64,000 nt of DNA from Candidatus Limnocylindrales bacterium (GTDB taxonomy: Bacteria; Chloroflexota; Limnocylindria; Limnocylindrales; CSP1-4), in NCBI GenBank assembly GCA_038214255.1, contig JBBQRZ010000007.1, positions 36,730-100,729 of the forward strand. Direction: 5' to 3'. The position numbers and the translations under genes were made by a program. Below the pieces are notes generated by a model that was given only the letters and a program-made list of their open reading frames with translations, was not told where the DNA came from and did no database searches. This document shows positions 55,601-64,000 of the stretch, piece after piece (position 1 is the first letter of the stretch; the number at the start of each line of letters is the position of its first letter).

Positions 55601-56809
55601 CTATCCGCCGCTGAGGTGCCGCAATGCCGCGGCCGCGTAGGCGGCGACGCCCACGGCCATCGAGGGCTCGTCGAAGACGACCCGGTTCGAGTGGTTCTGC
55701 GGCGCCGTCGCGGGATCCTCCTCGGCCGGTCTGCCCCCGACGAACGCCATGAGACCCGGGACCTCCTGGAGGACGTACGAGAAGTCCTCGGCGCCCATGA
55801 CCGGTGCCGCCAAGTCATCGATGGCCTCCTCGCCGACGATCTCGACCGCGATCTCGCGGAACCATGCGGTCGCGGCCGGATCGTTGACGGTGACCGGGTA
55901 GCCGGCCACGACTTCGACCTCGATCGTCGCGCCGTGCGCCGCCGCGATGCCGGCCGCGACACGCTCCACGAGCTCGCGCATGAAGGCGCGCGTCTTCTCG
56001 GATACCGTCCGGATCGTGCCTTCGAGCTCGACCGACTCGGGGATGATGTTGTTCGTCGTCCCGCCGGTGACCCGTGTGATCGTGACGACCGCGGGGTCGA
56101 ACACGTCGACGCTGCGAGTGACCGCGGTCTGCCAGGCGAGGATCAGCTCGGCGGCGACGGTGATCGGGTCGAGCGCGAGATGCGGGGTGGAGGCGTGACC
56201 GCCGCGGCCACGGACCGTCGCGGCGATCCGATCCGCCGACGCGAGCATCGGGCCCGGGCGAAGCGCGAGGACCCCGGCCGGGTAGCGGGTGCTGATGTGC
56301 AGCGCCACGGCGCGATCGACGTCCTGGCCATCCAACAGGCCCTCCTCGAGCATGAACTTGGCCCCGAAGAAGCCCTCCTCACCGGGCTGGAACATGAGCA
56401 GCACGTTCCCGGCAAGCAACCCCCGCCGCTCCACGAGGAGGCGAGCGGCCCCCAGCAACATCGCGACGTGGGTGTCGTGGCCGCAGGCATGCATCTGTCC
56501 GCCGACCTCGGATGCGAAGTCGAGGCCGGTGTCCTCCTGGAGCGGCAGAGCATCCATGTCGCCGCGCAGGAGGATCGTGGGTCCGGGGCGGTCGCCCTCG
56601 ATGACGGCGGTCACCGAGGTCGTCATGTCGCCCGGCCGCGGTTCCAGCCCGAGCGCCCGCAGCTCCGCCGCGACCAGGGCCTGCGTCACGGGCAGGTCGA
56701 GGCCCAATTCCGGGTACCGATGGATCCGTCGCCGGATCTCGATGACGTCGGGCAGGATCGCCTCGGCAGCGGCGCGAAGCTCGGCGAGGCTGGCAGTGGT
56801 GTCAGTCAT
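55601..56809 (-). CDS. M20 family amidohydrolase (N-acyl-amino-acid amidohydrolase/hippuricase-like)
   Basis: The internal Met at 56809 gives MTDTTASLAELRAAAEAILPDVIEIRRRIHRYPELG. MHACGHDTH metal site. GEEG block. Confidence 0.85.
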   Translation of the reverse strand: MTDTTASLAELRAAAEAILPDVIEIRRRIHRYPELGLDLPVTQALVAAELRALGLEPRPGDMTTSVTAVIEGDRPGPTILLRGDMDALPLQEDTGLDFASEVGGQMHACGHDTHVAMLLGAARLLVERRGLLAGNVLLMFQPGEEGFFGAKFMLEEGLLDGQDVDRAVALHISTRYPAGVLALRPGPMLASADRIAATVRGRGGHASTPHLALDPITVAAELILAWQTAVTRSVDVFDPAVVTITRVTGGTTNNIIPESVELEGTIRTVSEKTRAFMRELVERVAAGIAAAHGATIEVEVVAGYPVTVNDPAATAWFREIAVEIVGEEAIDDLAAPVMGAEDFSYVLQEVPGLMAFVGGRPAEEDPATAPQNHSNRVVFDEPSMAVGVAAYAAAALRHLSGG

Positions 56810-56858
56810 GGCGCGAGTATCGCTGTCCGCGGCCAGGGCGTTGTGAGCCACGGGCTCG

Positions 56859-57658
56859 ATGCTCGGCGGCTTCGTGATGTGGAACCGGAGCGGCGAGCCA
56901 TGCCGGCTCGAAGGTCGTCCGTCGGTCAAGGTCCTCGATGCCGCGGGCCGGACGCTCGAGGTCATCACCGTGCCGGCCACCGTGCCGACTCCGAGCCCTG
57001 CGGCACGACCGATCGTCCTGCGTGCCGGACAGCTCGCCCCCGTTCTCTTCCAGGAGGCTCCGAGCGGAATCGGGCTCGTACGGCTCCAATGGTCCAACTG
57101 GTGCGGGTCGGCGCCGAAGGCACCACTCCGGCTGGTCGTGACCCTCCCCGACGGCGGGGTACTCCAGATACCCGTTCTCTTCGGGGCCGAAAGTACGCCT
57201 CGATGCGACGTGTCGAGCTCGCCATCAACGATGTCGGTCGCCCGTACGAGGCAACGACGGGGCCGTCACCGACCGAGCCGCCACCCGTGCCCCCCGAGTC
57301 GCTCAGCCTGGCGCTCGAAATGCCCGACCACGCCGTTGCGGACCGGACGCTGCACTACGTCGCGATCCTCACGAACCCGACCTCCGCTCCGATTGCCCTC
57401 GAGCCGTGCCCGACATACCAGGAACGACTCAATGCCAGGGGCGGCAGCGTGGTCGGCGAGTACGTCCTCGCCTGCTCGACGGTGCCGGTCCTCGCGCCCG
57501 GTGCGAGCGTCCCCTTCGCCATGGAGCTCGAGGTTCCCGGCACGTTGCCGTCGGATAGCACGGCGGCGATCGTGTGGAGCCTCGATCCGTACCACGCCCA
57601 GGGGTTCCCACCACGCCCCCCAGAGCTCAAGGTTCCGATCCGGATCGCGGCCGAGTAG
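56859..57658 (+). pseudogene. Possible frameshifted gene for a two-domain DUF4232-like protein (frame switch near 57203-57215)
   Basis: From 56859 one frame reads protein-like (NRSGEPCRLEGRPSVKVLDAAGRTL...LQWSNWCGS...TPRCDV) and then becomes Arg/Ser/Pro junk. The neighbouring frame reads junk until 57203 and then protein-like (VELAINDVGRPYE...HYVAILTNPTSAPIALEPCPTY...) up to the stop at 57658. Confidence 0.35.
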
Positions 57659-57948
57659 GGTCGTCGCCCCGTAGACGTTTGACACGGCGTGACCGGAGGG
57701 ATCGCCCAACCCCCAATTCACATCCCGGGATGAACGAGCGTGGACCGGTGACCAGACTGCAGCCCGGCGCTCGATCACGTGGGCTCATCCCGAAAACCAA
57801 AGCGGGAGTTCACTGACGGCGTGACTGCAGGAACGCCACACGTCACCGGTCGGCGCGACGGGACGACGGCGAAGCGACCCAGACGGCATAGTGTGCGGGT
57901 GCGCAGCGGCTCGTCCGACGCGCCGGGTGGACGAAGCCGACGAGCACG

Positions 57949-59046
57949 TTGCCGATGACTGAGCCGAAGAACCCGAGCTTCTGGTCGAGCCTGCCGGGGT
58001 TGGTCACCGCGATCGCCGGCATGATCACCGCGGTCGCGATCCTCGTGACCACGCTCGCCAACCTGCCCGCGTCGTCGCCGAAGCCGTCGGCCTCGAGCGA
58101 GCCGACGGGTGCCGCGATCTCGGCCGGTCCAGCGGGGTCCGCCCAGGCGAGTGGCTCGGCGAGCGGGTCGGCCGCGCCGAGCGGGTCGGCCCGTGCGTCG
58201 GCGGCGCCACCCAGCGCACCCGCGGCGGCCGCCCGTTCGATCGTGTTCTTCTCGTCGCGGGCGGACCCGTCGTCGGGCGCACAGAACGTCGACCTGTTCT
58301 CGGTCGATCCATCGACCGGGATCGAACGGCGCGTCACGACCGACCCGAATCCCGACAGCTATCCCGCGTGGTCGCCGGATGGCACGCGGATCGCCTTCGA
58401 CAGCAAGCGCGCCAACGGCATCCGCAACCTCTGGGTCCTCGAGGCGGACGGCTCATACACCAGGCTGACCAACGACACCCGAGCCGACGGCTACGCGACC
58501 TGGTCGCCCGACGGCTCTCGCATCGCGTGGGCTTCGGGCCCGGCGGGGAGCAGGGAGATCTGGGTGATGGACTCGGCCGACGGCGGGCATCGCAAGCGCC
58601 TCACGACCGGCGGGGACGACCTCCTGCCGAGCTGGGGCGCCAACAACCTCATCGCGTTCGAGCGCAAGGCGGGCTCATCGTCCGAGGTCTGGGTGGTCAA
58701 CCCGACCGACGGCGCGGCGTCGGCGCGGATCACGCTCGGCGACGGCGGCGGAGGGGACCCCTCGTGGTCGCCCGACGGCCAGCGGCTCGCGTTCGTCCGG
58801 AGCGGCGGTGGCCTCGATCGGATCTATGTCGTGAACGCGAACGGCCACAGCGGCCTGCGGCAGCTGACCAAGAGCTCGACCTGCCCATGCACTGACCCGA
58901 CCTGGTCACCGAGCGGGACCCAGATCGCCTTTGTCGGCGCTCCGCTCGGCTCGGCCCGCCTCCGGCCGATCTTCGTCATCCCGGCCGCGGGTGGCTCGCT
59001 GAGGCGGGTCACTACCAACGGCGTGGGGCCCGGCTGGGCCGGCTGA
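57949..59046 (+). CDS. Membrane-anchored TolB-like beta-propeller protein (PD40/WD40-like repeats)
   Basis: N-terminal TM helix, a Ser/Ala/Pro linker, then repeated xWSPDGxxIAF motifs (AWSPDGTRIAF, TWSPDGSRIAW, PSWSPDGQRLAF, PTWSPSGTQIAF). TTG at 57949 or ATG at 57955. Confidence 0.8.
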   Translation: MPMTEPKNPSFWSSLPGLVTAIAGMITAVAILVTTLANLPASSPKPSASSEPTGAAISAGPAGSAQASGSASGSAAPSGSARASAAPPSAPAAAARSIVFFSSRADPSSGAQNVDLFSVDPSTGIERRVTTDPNPDSYPAWSPDGTRIAFDSKRANGIRNLWVLEADGSYTRLTNDTRADGYATWSPDGSRIAWASGPAGSREIWVMDSADGGHRKRLTTGGDDLLPSWGANNLIAFERKAGSSSEVWVVNPTDGAASARITLGDGGGGDPSWSPDGQRLAFVRSGGGLDRIYVVNANGHSGLRQLTKSSTCPCTDPTWSPSGTQIAFVGAPLGSARLRPIFVIPAAGGSLRRVTTNGVGPGWAG

Positions 59047-59073
59047 CCTCGGCCGCTGGCCGGCCGCCCCTTC

Positions 59074-59102
59074 GTTGACGGTCCGGGCGCGGGCCCGTAG
59101 CA
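59074..59102 (+). promoter_or_regulatory. Sigma-70-type promoter candidate TTGACG-17 nt-TAGCAT upstream of Rrf2-sufCS
   Basis: Hexamers and the 17-nt spacing read directly. Confidence 0.5.
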
Positions 59103-59129
59103 TGATATCCGACGAATTCACTCGGATAT
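59103..59129. promoter_or_regulatory. Perfect inverted repeat GATATCCGA-N9-TCGGATATC immediately after the -10 (candidate Rrf2 operator)
   Basis: Read directly. AT-rich relative to its surroundings. Positioned to occlude the transcription start. Confidence 0.5.
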
Positions 59130-59238
59130 CGAGGCCACTCCCCTGATCCTTCCCGTCCAGACCGGCGCAGGCACCCCAACCGCCGCGACCGCCCCGACCG
59201 CGAGCCCTGCACGCCCGTCCTTCCATGGATCCGGTGCG

Positions 59239-59700
59239 GTGTCCTTCAGCACGAAGGGCGAGTACGGCGTCCGCCTCATGGTCCAGCTCGCGCGTCACTA
59301 CGGCAGCGGCCCCGCGTCACTCGCCGGGATCGCTGCCGAGGAGGACCTTCCGCGTGCCTACCTCGAACAGCTCGTGGTCAACCTGCGCGAGGCCGGCCTC
59401 GTCGTCAGCACCCGGGGCGCGCGCGGCGGCTATGAGCTGACCCGGGCGCCCGAGACGATCCTCATGAGCGAGGTCCTGCGCGCTCTCGAGGGGCCGATCG
59501 CGCCGATGATGTGCGCCACCGACGATCCCGAGCACGCCATCACCTGCGACCGCAGCGCGCGCTGCACGGTCAACGTCCTGTGGGTCCGCGTGCGCGACGC
59601 GATCACTGGCGCGCTCGACTCGATGACCCTCGCCGACCTCGTCCCGCCCCGACTCCCGACCAGCCCAGACGAACTCCAAGGAGCGACGACCAACCCGTGA
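59239..59700 (+). CDS. Rrf2 family transcriptional regulator (IscR/SufR-like role by context)
   Basis: MSFSTKGEYGVRLMVQLAR...LPRAYLEQLVVNLREAGLVVSTRGARGGYELTR. Three Cys (C..C.....C: MMCATDDPEHAITCDRSARC) suggest a cluster ligand set. Confidence 0.85.
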   Translation: MSFSTKGEYGVRLMVQLARHYGSGPASLAGIAAEEDLPRAYLEQLVVNLREAGLVVSTRGARGGYELTRAPETILMSEVLRALEGPIAPMMCATDDPEHAITCDRSARCTVNVLWVRVRDAITGALDSMTLADLVPPRLPTSPDELQGATTNP

Positions 59701-60596
59701 CCGACCCGTCCGCCACCGACCAGCAGCTCGTCATCCGCGGCCTCCGCGTCGCGACCGTTGCGAACCACGAGCACGAGATCCTCGAGGGCATCGACCTGAC
59801 CGTCGGCCAGGGCGAGGTCCACGCGATCATGGGTCCCAACGGCTCGGGCAAGACGACGCTAGCCTACGCGCTCATGGGCCACCCGGCGTACCTCATCAAG
59901 GGCGGCGAGGTCTCCTGGAAGGGCCGCAACATCCTCAAGCTCTCGCCCGACAAGCGGGCTCGACTCGGACTCTTCCTCGCGTTCCAGTACCCGACTGCGA
60001 TCCCCGGCTTGAGCGTCGCCTCGTTCATCCGAAGCGCGCTGAATGCCAAGCTCCAGGGCATCGACAAGAACCCCGACATCGACCCGACCGACTCGATCAA
60101 GGGCGGTGTCTCGATGCGCGACTTCCGCAACAAGATGCGCGAGAAGATGGCGCTGCTGCGGATGGACGAGGGGTTCGCCGCGCGCTACGTCAACGATGGC
60201 TTCTCGGGCGGCGAGAAGAAGCGCCTCGAGATGCTCCAGATGGCGGTCCTTGAGCCCGAGATGGCGATCCTCGACGAGACCGATTCAGGCCTCGACATCG
60301 ATGCGCTTCGCATCGTCGCCGAGGGCGTCAACGCGATGCTCAACCCGAACCTCGGGGTACTCCTCATCACCCATTACCAGCGGTTGCTCAACTACATCAC
60401 GCCGGACGTCGTCCACGTCCTGGCGCAGGGCCGCATCGTCAAGAGCGGTGGCAAGGACCTGGCGCTGCGGCTCGAGGACGAGGGCTACGGCCCGATCCTG
60501 CGCGAGGCCGGCCTGTCGCCCGATCTCCCCGATGAGGCGCTCCTCGTTCCCAAGGGCCCCGAGCTCGACCTCGAGCCCGTGGAAGCCGCCCACTAG
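59697..60596 (+). CDS. sufC: Fe-S cluster assembly ATPase SufC
   Basis: GPNGSGKTTLAYALMGHPAY, LFLAFQYP, FSGGEKKRLEMLQMAVLEP and ILDETDSGLDIDAL. GTGA overlap with the Rrf2 gene. Confidence 0.9.
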   Translation: MTDPSATDQQLVIRGLRVATVANHEHEILEGIDLTVGQGEVHAIMGPNGSGKTTLAYALMGHPAYLIKGGEVSWKGRNILKLSPDKRARLGLFLAFQYPTAIPGLSVASFIRSALNAKLQGIDKNPDIDPTDSIKGGVSMRDFRNKMREKMALLRMDEGFAARYVNDGFSGGEKKRLEMLQMAVLEPEMAILDETDSGLDIDALRIVAEGVNAMLNPNLGVLLITHYQRLLNYITPDVVHVLAQGRIVKSGGKDLALRLEDEGYGPILREAGLSPDLPDEALLVPKGPELDLEPVEAAH

Positions 60597-60609
60597 CCGG
60601 TCGACGACG

Positions 60610-61875
60610 ATGGCCATCGAGGCGACCGAGGCGACCGAGGGGCCCGCGCTCGATCCCCGCGCGCTGCGCCGGGACTTCCCGATCCTCGACCAGCAGATCA
60701 ACGGCCACAAGCTCGTCTACCTCGACTCGGCGTCGACGAGCCAGAAGCCGCGCGTCGTCATCGACGCGCTCGACACCTACTACCGCGAGTACAACGCGAA
60801 CGTCCACCGCGGGATCTACACGATCGGCGAGAAGGCCACGGCGGAGTACGAGGCGGCCCGTGCCAAGGTTGCGCGGTTCATCAACGCACCCGACGCCCAC
60901 GAGATCGTCTTCACCCGCAACGCGACCGAGGCGATCAACCTCGTCGCCTATTCGTGGGGCCGGCGCAACATCAACCGCGGCGACGCGATCGTGCTGACCG
61001 AGATGGAGCACCACGCGAACCTTGTTCCGTGGCAGATCCTCGTCCAGGAGCGCGACGGCGACCTCGAGTTCATCCCGATCACCGACGACGGCCTGCTCCG
61101 CCTTGAGGTCCTCGAGGTGCTGCTGCGCCTCAAGCCGAAGCTCGTCGCCTTCACCCACGTGTCGAACACGCTCGGGACGATCAACCCGGTTCGCAAGATG
61201 ACCGAGATGGCGCATGCGGCGGGGGCGCTCGTGCTGATCGATGGGGCGCAGGCGGTGCCGCACCTGCCGGTCGACGTCCAGGAGCTCGGCTGCGACTTCT
61301 ACGCGTTCAGCGGCCACAAGATGCTTGCGCCGATGGGCTCGGGCGCGATGTGGGCGCGGCGCGAGCTGCTCGAGGCGATGCCCCCGTTCCTCGCCGGCGG
61401 GGAGATGATCCGGGAGGTCCATCTGCGGCGCAGCGAGTTCAACGCGATCCCCTGGAAGTTCGAGGCGGGGACGCCGGCGGTCGGCGACGCCATCGGCCTC
61501 GGAGTCGCGGCCGATTACCTGCGGGACATCGGCATGGGCGCCGTCCGAAGCCACGAGCGCGAGCTCGTGGCCTATGCGCTCGAGGTGCTCCAGCGCGAGG
61601 TCCCCGGGATCTCCCTCTACGGACCGATGGATCCGGACCGCCGCGGCGGCGTGATCCCGTTCAACTTGCCGGGCATCCACCCGCACGACGTGGCCCAGGT
61701 CCTCGATCGCTTCGGCATCGCGGTCCGCGCCGGCCACCACTGCACGATGCCGCTCCATGAGCGACTCGACCTCGCGGCCACGGCCCGCGCCTCGTTCAGT
61801 GTCTACTCGACCCGCGACGACATCGACGCCCTCGCGGGCGGCCTTCGCGAGGTGCTCAAGGTCTTCCGCGTCTGA
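60610..61875 (+). CDS. sufS: Cysteine desulfurase SufS (class II)
   Basis: YLDSASTSQKP, HHANLVPWQ, FSGHKMLAPMGSG (PLP Lys) and RAGHHCTMPL (catalytic Cys loop). Confidence 0.9.
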   Translation: MAIEATEATEGPALDPRALRRDFPILDQQINGHKLVYLDSASTSQKPRVVIDALDTYYREYNANVHRGIYTIGEKATAEYEAARAKVARFINAPDAHEIVFTRNATEAINLVAYSWGRRNINRGDAIVLTEMEHHANLVPWQILVQERDGDLEFIPITDDGLLRLEVLEVLLRLKPKLVAFTHVSNTLGTINPVRKMTEMAHAAGALVLIDGAQAVPHLPVDVQELGCDFYAFSGHKMLAPMGSGAMWARRELLEAMPPFLAGGEMIREVHLRRSEFNAIPWKFEAGTPAVGDAIGLGVAADYLRDIGMGAVRSHERELVAYALEVLQREVPGISLYGPMDPDRRGGVIPFNLPGIHPHDVAQVLDRFGIAVRAGHHCTMPLHERLDLAATARASFSVYSTRDDIDALAGGLREVLKVFRV

Positions 61876-61908
61876 GTTTTCCGCGTCTGACGGATCGTGC
61901 GGTCCGCC

Positions 61909-63297
61909 TCAGTCGAGGCGGACGCCCTGCCGTCGGAGTTCCTGCTGGACCTGCCCGATGTCGAGCCGGTCGAACGGCTGGCCGATCCGGATCGACACGG
62001 CGGCGGCCACCCCGGCGCCCTGACCGCTGACCGTGCAGCACATCATGCTGCGGACGGCCGCGTGGGAGATCTTGTCGCCCCCGATGCAGCGGCCGGCCAC
62101 GAGGAGGTTGCCGACGTTCTTCGGCACGAGCGAGCGGTACGGGAGCTGGAAGTAGCGACCGGTCGTCGGCAGGATCAGGACGCCGTAGCCGTCGATGAAT
62201 TCGGGAAAGATGCCGATCGTGTCCTCGAAGCGGGCCTCGCCACGGACATCGGCCTCGGTCAGGATGTAGAGCGCGTCGATCTTGCGGGTATCGCGCACCC
62301 CCAAGCTCATCCCGAAGTTGCGCAGCGTGGCGTTCTCGCATCCGGGCATGAACTGCCGGAGCGCTTCGACCGCGTGCATCGCCTGCTGGCGACCCGCGAT
62401 CTCGCCACGGGTCAGCTCGTCCGCGTCGCTGCCGTCCAGGTCGGAGATGTGGACCAGATTGAGATAGGTCAGGTCACCCTGGTCCGTGACGGTGCCCCAT
62501 GTGCCCGCGAGGGTGATCAGGTTCGGCGGGAGCACGCCGGCCGCGACCGCCTGCTTGAACGGCTTGCGAAGGAACGGCGAGAACAGCTCGTCCTCCTTCC
62601 CGCTGGTCTCGATATCCCACTCGGCGTTGCCGGCCCAGTCCCGGTAGGTCTGGGGGTCCGCCTTGACCTCGTCGATGAACCGACGCTTGTTCACGCCGGT
62701 CATCGAGAACATCACTGAGACCGCAAGCATCTCCTCGATCGGCGTCTTGCGGTACGGCGCTCCGGCCCGGGCCGCGACGTCGGCGTCGCCGGTCGCGTCC
62801 ACCACCCGCTTCGCCATGATCGCCTCGCGCCCGGACTTGCTCTCGGTGATCACGCCGCGGACGATACCGCCCTCGACGATGGGCGCGACACACAGGCGGT
62901 GGAGCAACGGCTCGACACCCGCTTCGGAGACGACCGTGTCGGCGACGAACTTGAAGCGCTCCGCGTCGAGAGCCTGGCTCGTCGACTGTGGCTCGTCGGA
63001 AGTCGCGCCCATCTCCTTGGCACGGGCCTCGAGCTCGCTCCCCACGCCGACGCTGTCGATCGTCTCCTTATGGCGGTACCACGCGAAGCCCTCCACACCG
63101 ACGACGGTGATGTTGCCGCCGAGGCAGCCATACCGCTCGAGGAGGGTCGTGCTCGCTCCGGCGCGCGCCGCCCCGATCGCCGCGCCGAGCCCGCCCGGCC
63201 CACCGCCGACGACCAGGACGTCGGTCTCGCGGATGACGTCGATAGTTCGGGCCGCCTCCTCGATCCGGGTCCGACCGCCCGGGGTCGCGCTCGTCAA
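61909..63297 (-). CDS. FAD-dependent oxidoreductase (FAD_oxidored/GIDA-like family)
   Basis: DVLVVGGGPGGLGAAIGAARAG dinucleotide fold. TTG at 63297 is preceded by AAGAGG. The track start at 63357 would overlap the upstream ABC gene. Confidence 0.75.
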   Translation of the reverse strand: MTSATPGGRTRIEEAARTIDVIRETDVLVVGGGPGGLGAAIGAARAGASTTLLERYGCLGGNITVVGVEGFAWYRHKETIDSVGVGSELEARAKEMGATSDEPQSTSQALDAERFKFVADTVVSEAGVEPLLHRLCVAPIVEGGIVRGVITESKSGREAIMAKRVVDATGDADVAARAGAPYRKTPIEEMLAVSVMFSMTGVNKRRFIDEVKADPQTYRDWAGNAEWDIETSGKEDELFSPFLRKPFKQAVAAGVLPPNLITLAGTWGTVTDQGDLTYLNLVHISDLDGSDADELTRGEIAGRQQAMHAVEALRQFMPGCENATLRNFGMSLGVRDTRKIDALYILTEADVRGEARFEDTIGIFPEFIDGYGVLILPTTGRYFQLPYRSLVPKNVGNLLVAGRCIGGDKISHAAVRSMMCCTVSGQGAGVAAAVSIRIGQPFDRLDIGQVQQELRRQGVRLD

Positions 63298-63307
63298 TCG
63301 AAGCCTC

Positions 63308-64000
63308 TTAGTCGGCGACGGCGAAGACCGCGCCCGGGAGCACGCTGACCCGGACACCCGAACCCGGCGTCAACCCCGCGGCCTCACCGGCGGACAGCTG
63401 GGCCACGATGAGCTCGTCCGTGGGCAGAGTCACCTGGGCGCGGCAGACGGAGCCGAGGAAGCTCACCGCCAGGACCCGCGCTGCGGCGCCGTCGTCGGCA
63501 GCCAACCGAATGGCCTCGGGCCGGACGAGGGCGGTCACGCGGCCCGGACCAGCCGAGCCCTGGAGCAGCGGCACGCGCGTCCCGAAGAGCTCGACCGTCC
63601 CGTCGCTGGCGTTCCCGGCGATGCGGTTCGTCAGCCCAACGAACTCCGCCACGAAGCGCGTCCGAGGCCGGTCGTAGAGCTCGGCCGGCGCAGCGATCTG
63701 TTCGAGCCGGCCGGCCGACATCACGCCGACGCGATCACCCACGGCGAGGGCCTCTTCCTGGTCGTGGGTCACGAAGACCGCGGTGATCCCGATCATGATC
63801 TGGATCCGCCGGATCTCCTCACGAAGCTGGCGGCGGACCCTGGCGTCGAGGGCCGACAGCGGCTCGTCGAGGAGGAGCACGCTGGGCTCGATGGCCAGGG
63901 CTCGGGCGAGCGCGACCCGCTGCTGCTGCCCACCGGACATCTGGTGGGGGTAGCGGCTCGCCTGCTGGCCCAGGCCCACCAGGTCGAGCATCTCATCGGC
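63308..64000 (-). CDS. ABC transporter ATP-binding protein (PotA/Fe3+-type importer ATPase with C-terminal TOBE-like domain); N-terminus beyond the window
   Basis: MSGGQQQRVALARALAIEPSVLLLDEPLSALD, VFVTHDQEEA, then a beta-rich C-terminal domain. The frame stays open to the window end. Confidence 0.85.
   Translation of the reverse strand, partial: ADEMLDLVGLGQQASRYPHQMSGGQQQRVALARALAIEPSVLLLDEPLSALDARVRRQLREEIRRIQIMIGITAVFVTHDQEEALAVGDRVGVMSAGRLEQIAAPAELYDRPRTRFVAEFVGLTNRIAGNASDGTVELFGTRVPLLQGSAGPGRVTALVRPEAIRLAADDGAAARVLAVSFLGSVCRAQVTLPTDELIVAQLSAGEAAGLTPGSGVRVSVLPGAVFAVAD

Overview
This is a very GC-rich (by eye) bacterial chromosomal window. Its gene content and frequent ATGA/GTGA start-stop overlaps are typical of Actinobacteria- or Chloroflexi-like soil lineages. 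I can support about 65 protein-coding genes. I saw no rRNA, tRNA, CRISPR array, transposase or integrase.

Left part (1-27 kb):
- a zur-like/znuA/znuC metal-uptake operon;
- an MMPL transporter translationally coupled to an AttH/CrtC-like lipoprotein;
- lysine 2,3-aminomutase, an S41 peptidase, a TetR/cupin divergent pair, a rhodanese and a DmpA-type peptidase;
- pabB-pabC, extended by two coupled genes of unknown function, the second carrying an in-frame TAG;
- several small membrane and hypothetical genes, and a 1320-aa GAF/GGDEF/GAF/GGDEF/EAL signalling protein.

Centre and right (27-54.5 kb): a quaternary-amine catabolic neighbourhood with three modules.
- A BetB-like aldehyde dehydrogenase, an OpuA/ProVWX-type betaine importer and dimethylglycine oxidase.
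- Heterotetrameric sarcosine oxidase soxBDAG.
- An IclR-flanked seven-gene corrinoid methyltransferase cassette built around a non-pyrrolysine MttB-family enzyme and ending in MTHFR.

A three-gene TasA/camelysin-like + SipW-type signal peptidase + large accessory secreted-protein module (36.1-38.2 kb) is wedged between these modules.

Right end: a Tat-signal protein, an M20 amidohydrolase, an apparently frameshifted DUF4232-like gene, a TolB-like propeller, Rrf2-sufC-sufS (no sufBD), an FAD oxidoreductase and a truncated ABC ATPase.

Most long antisense ORFs in the track are GC artefacts. All family assignments come from reading the translations and recalling motifs. No database search was run.
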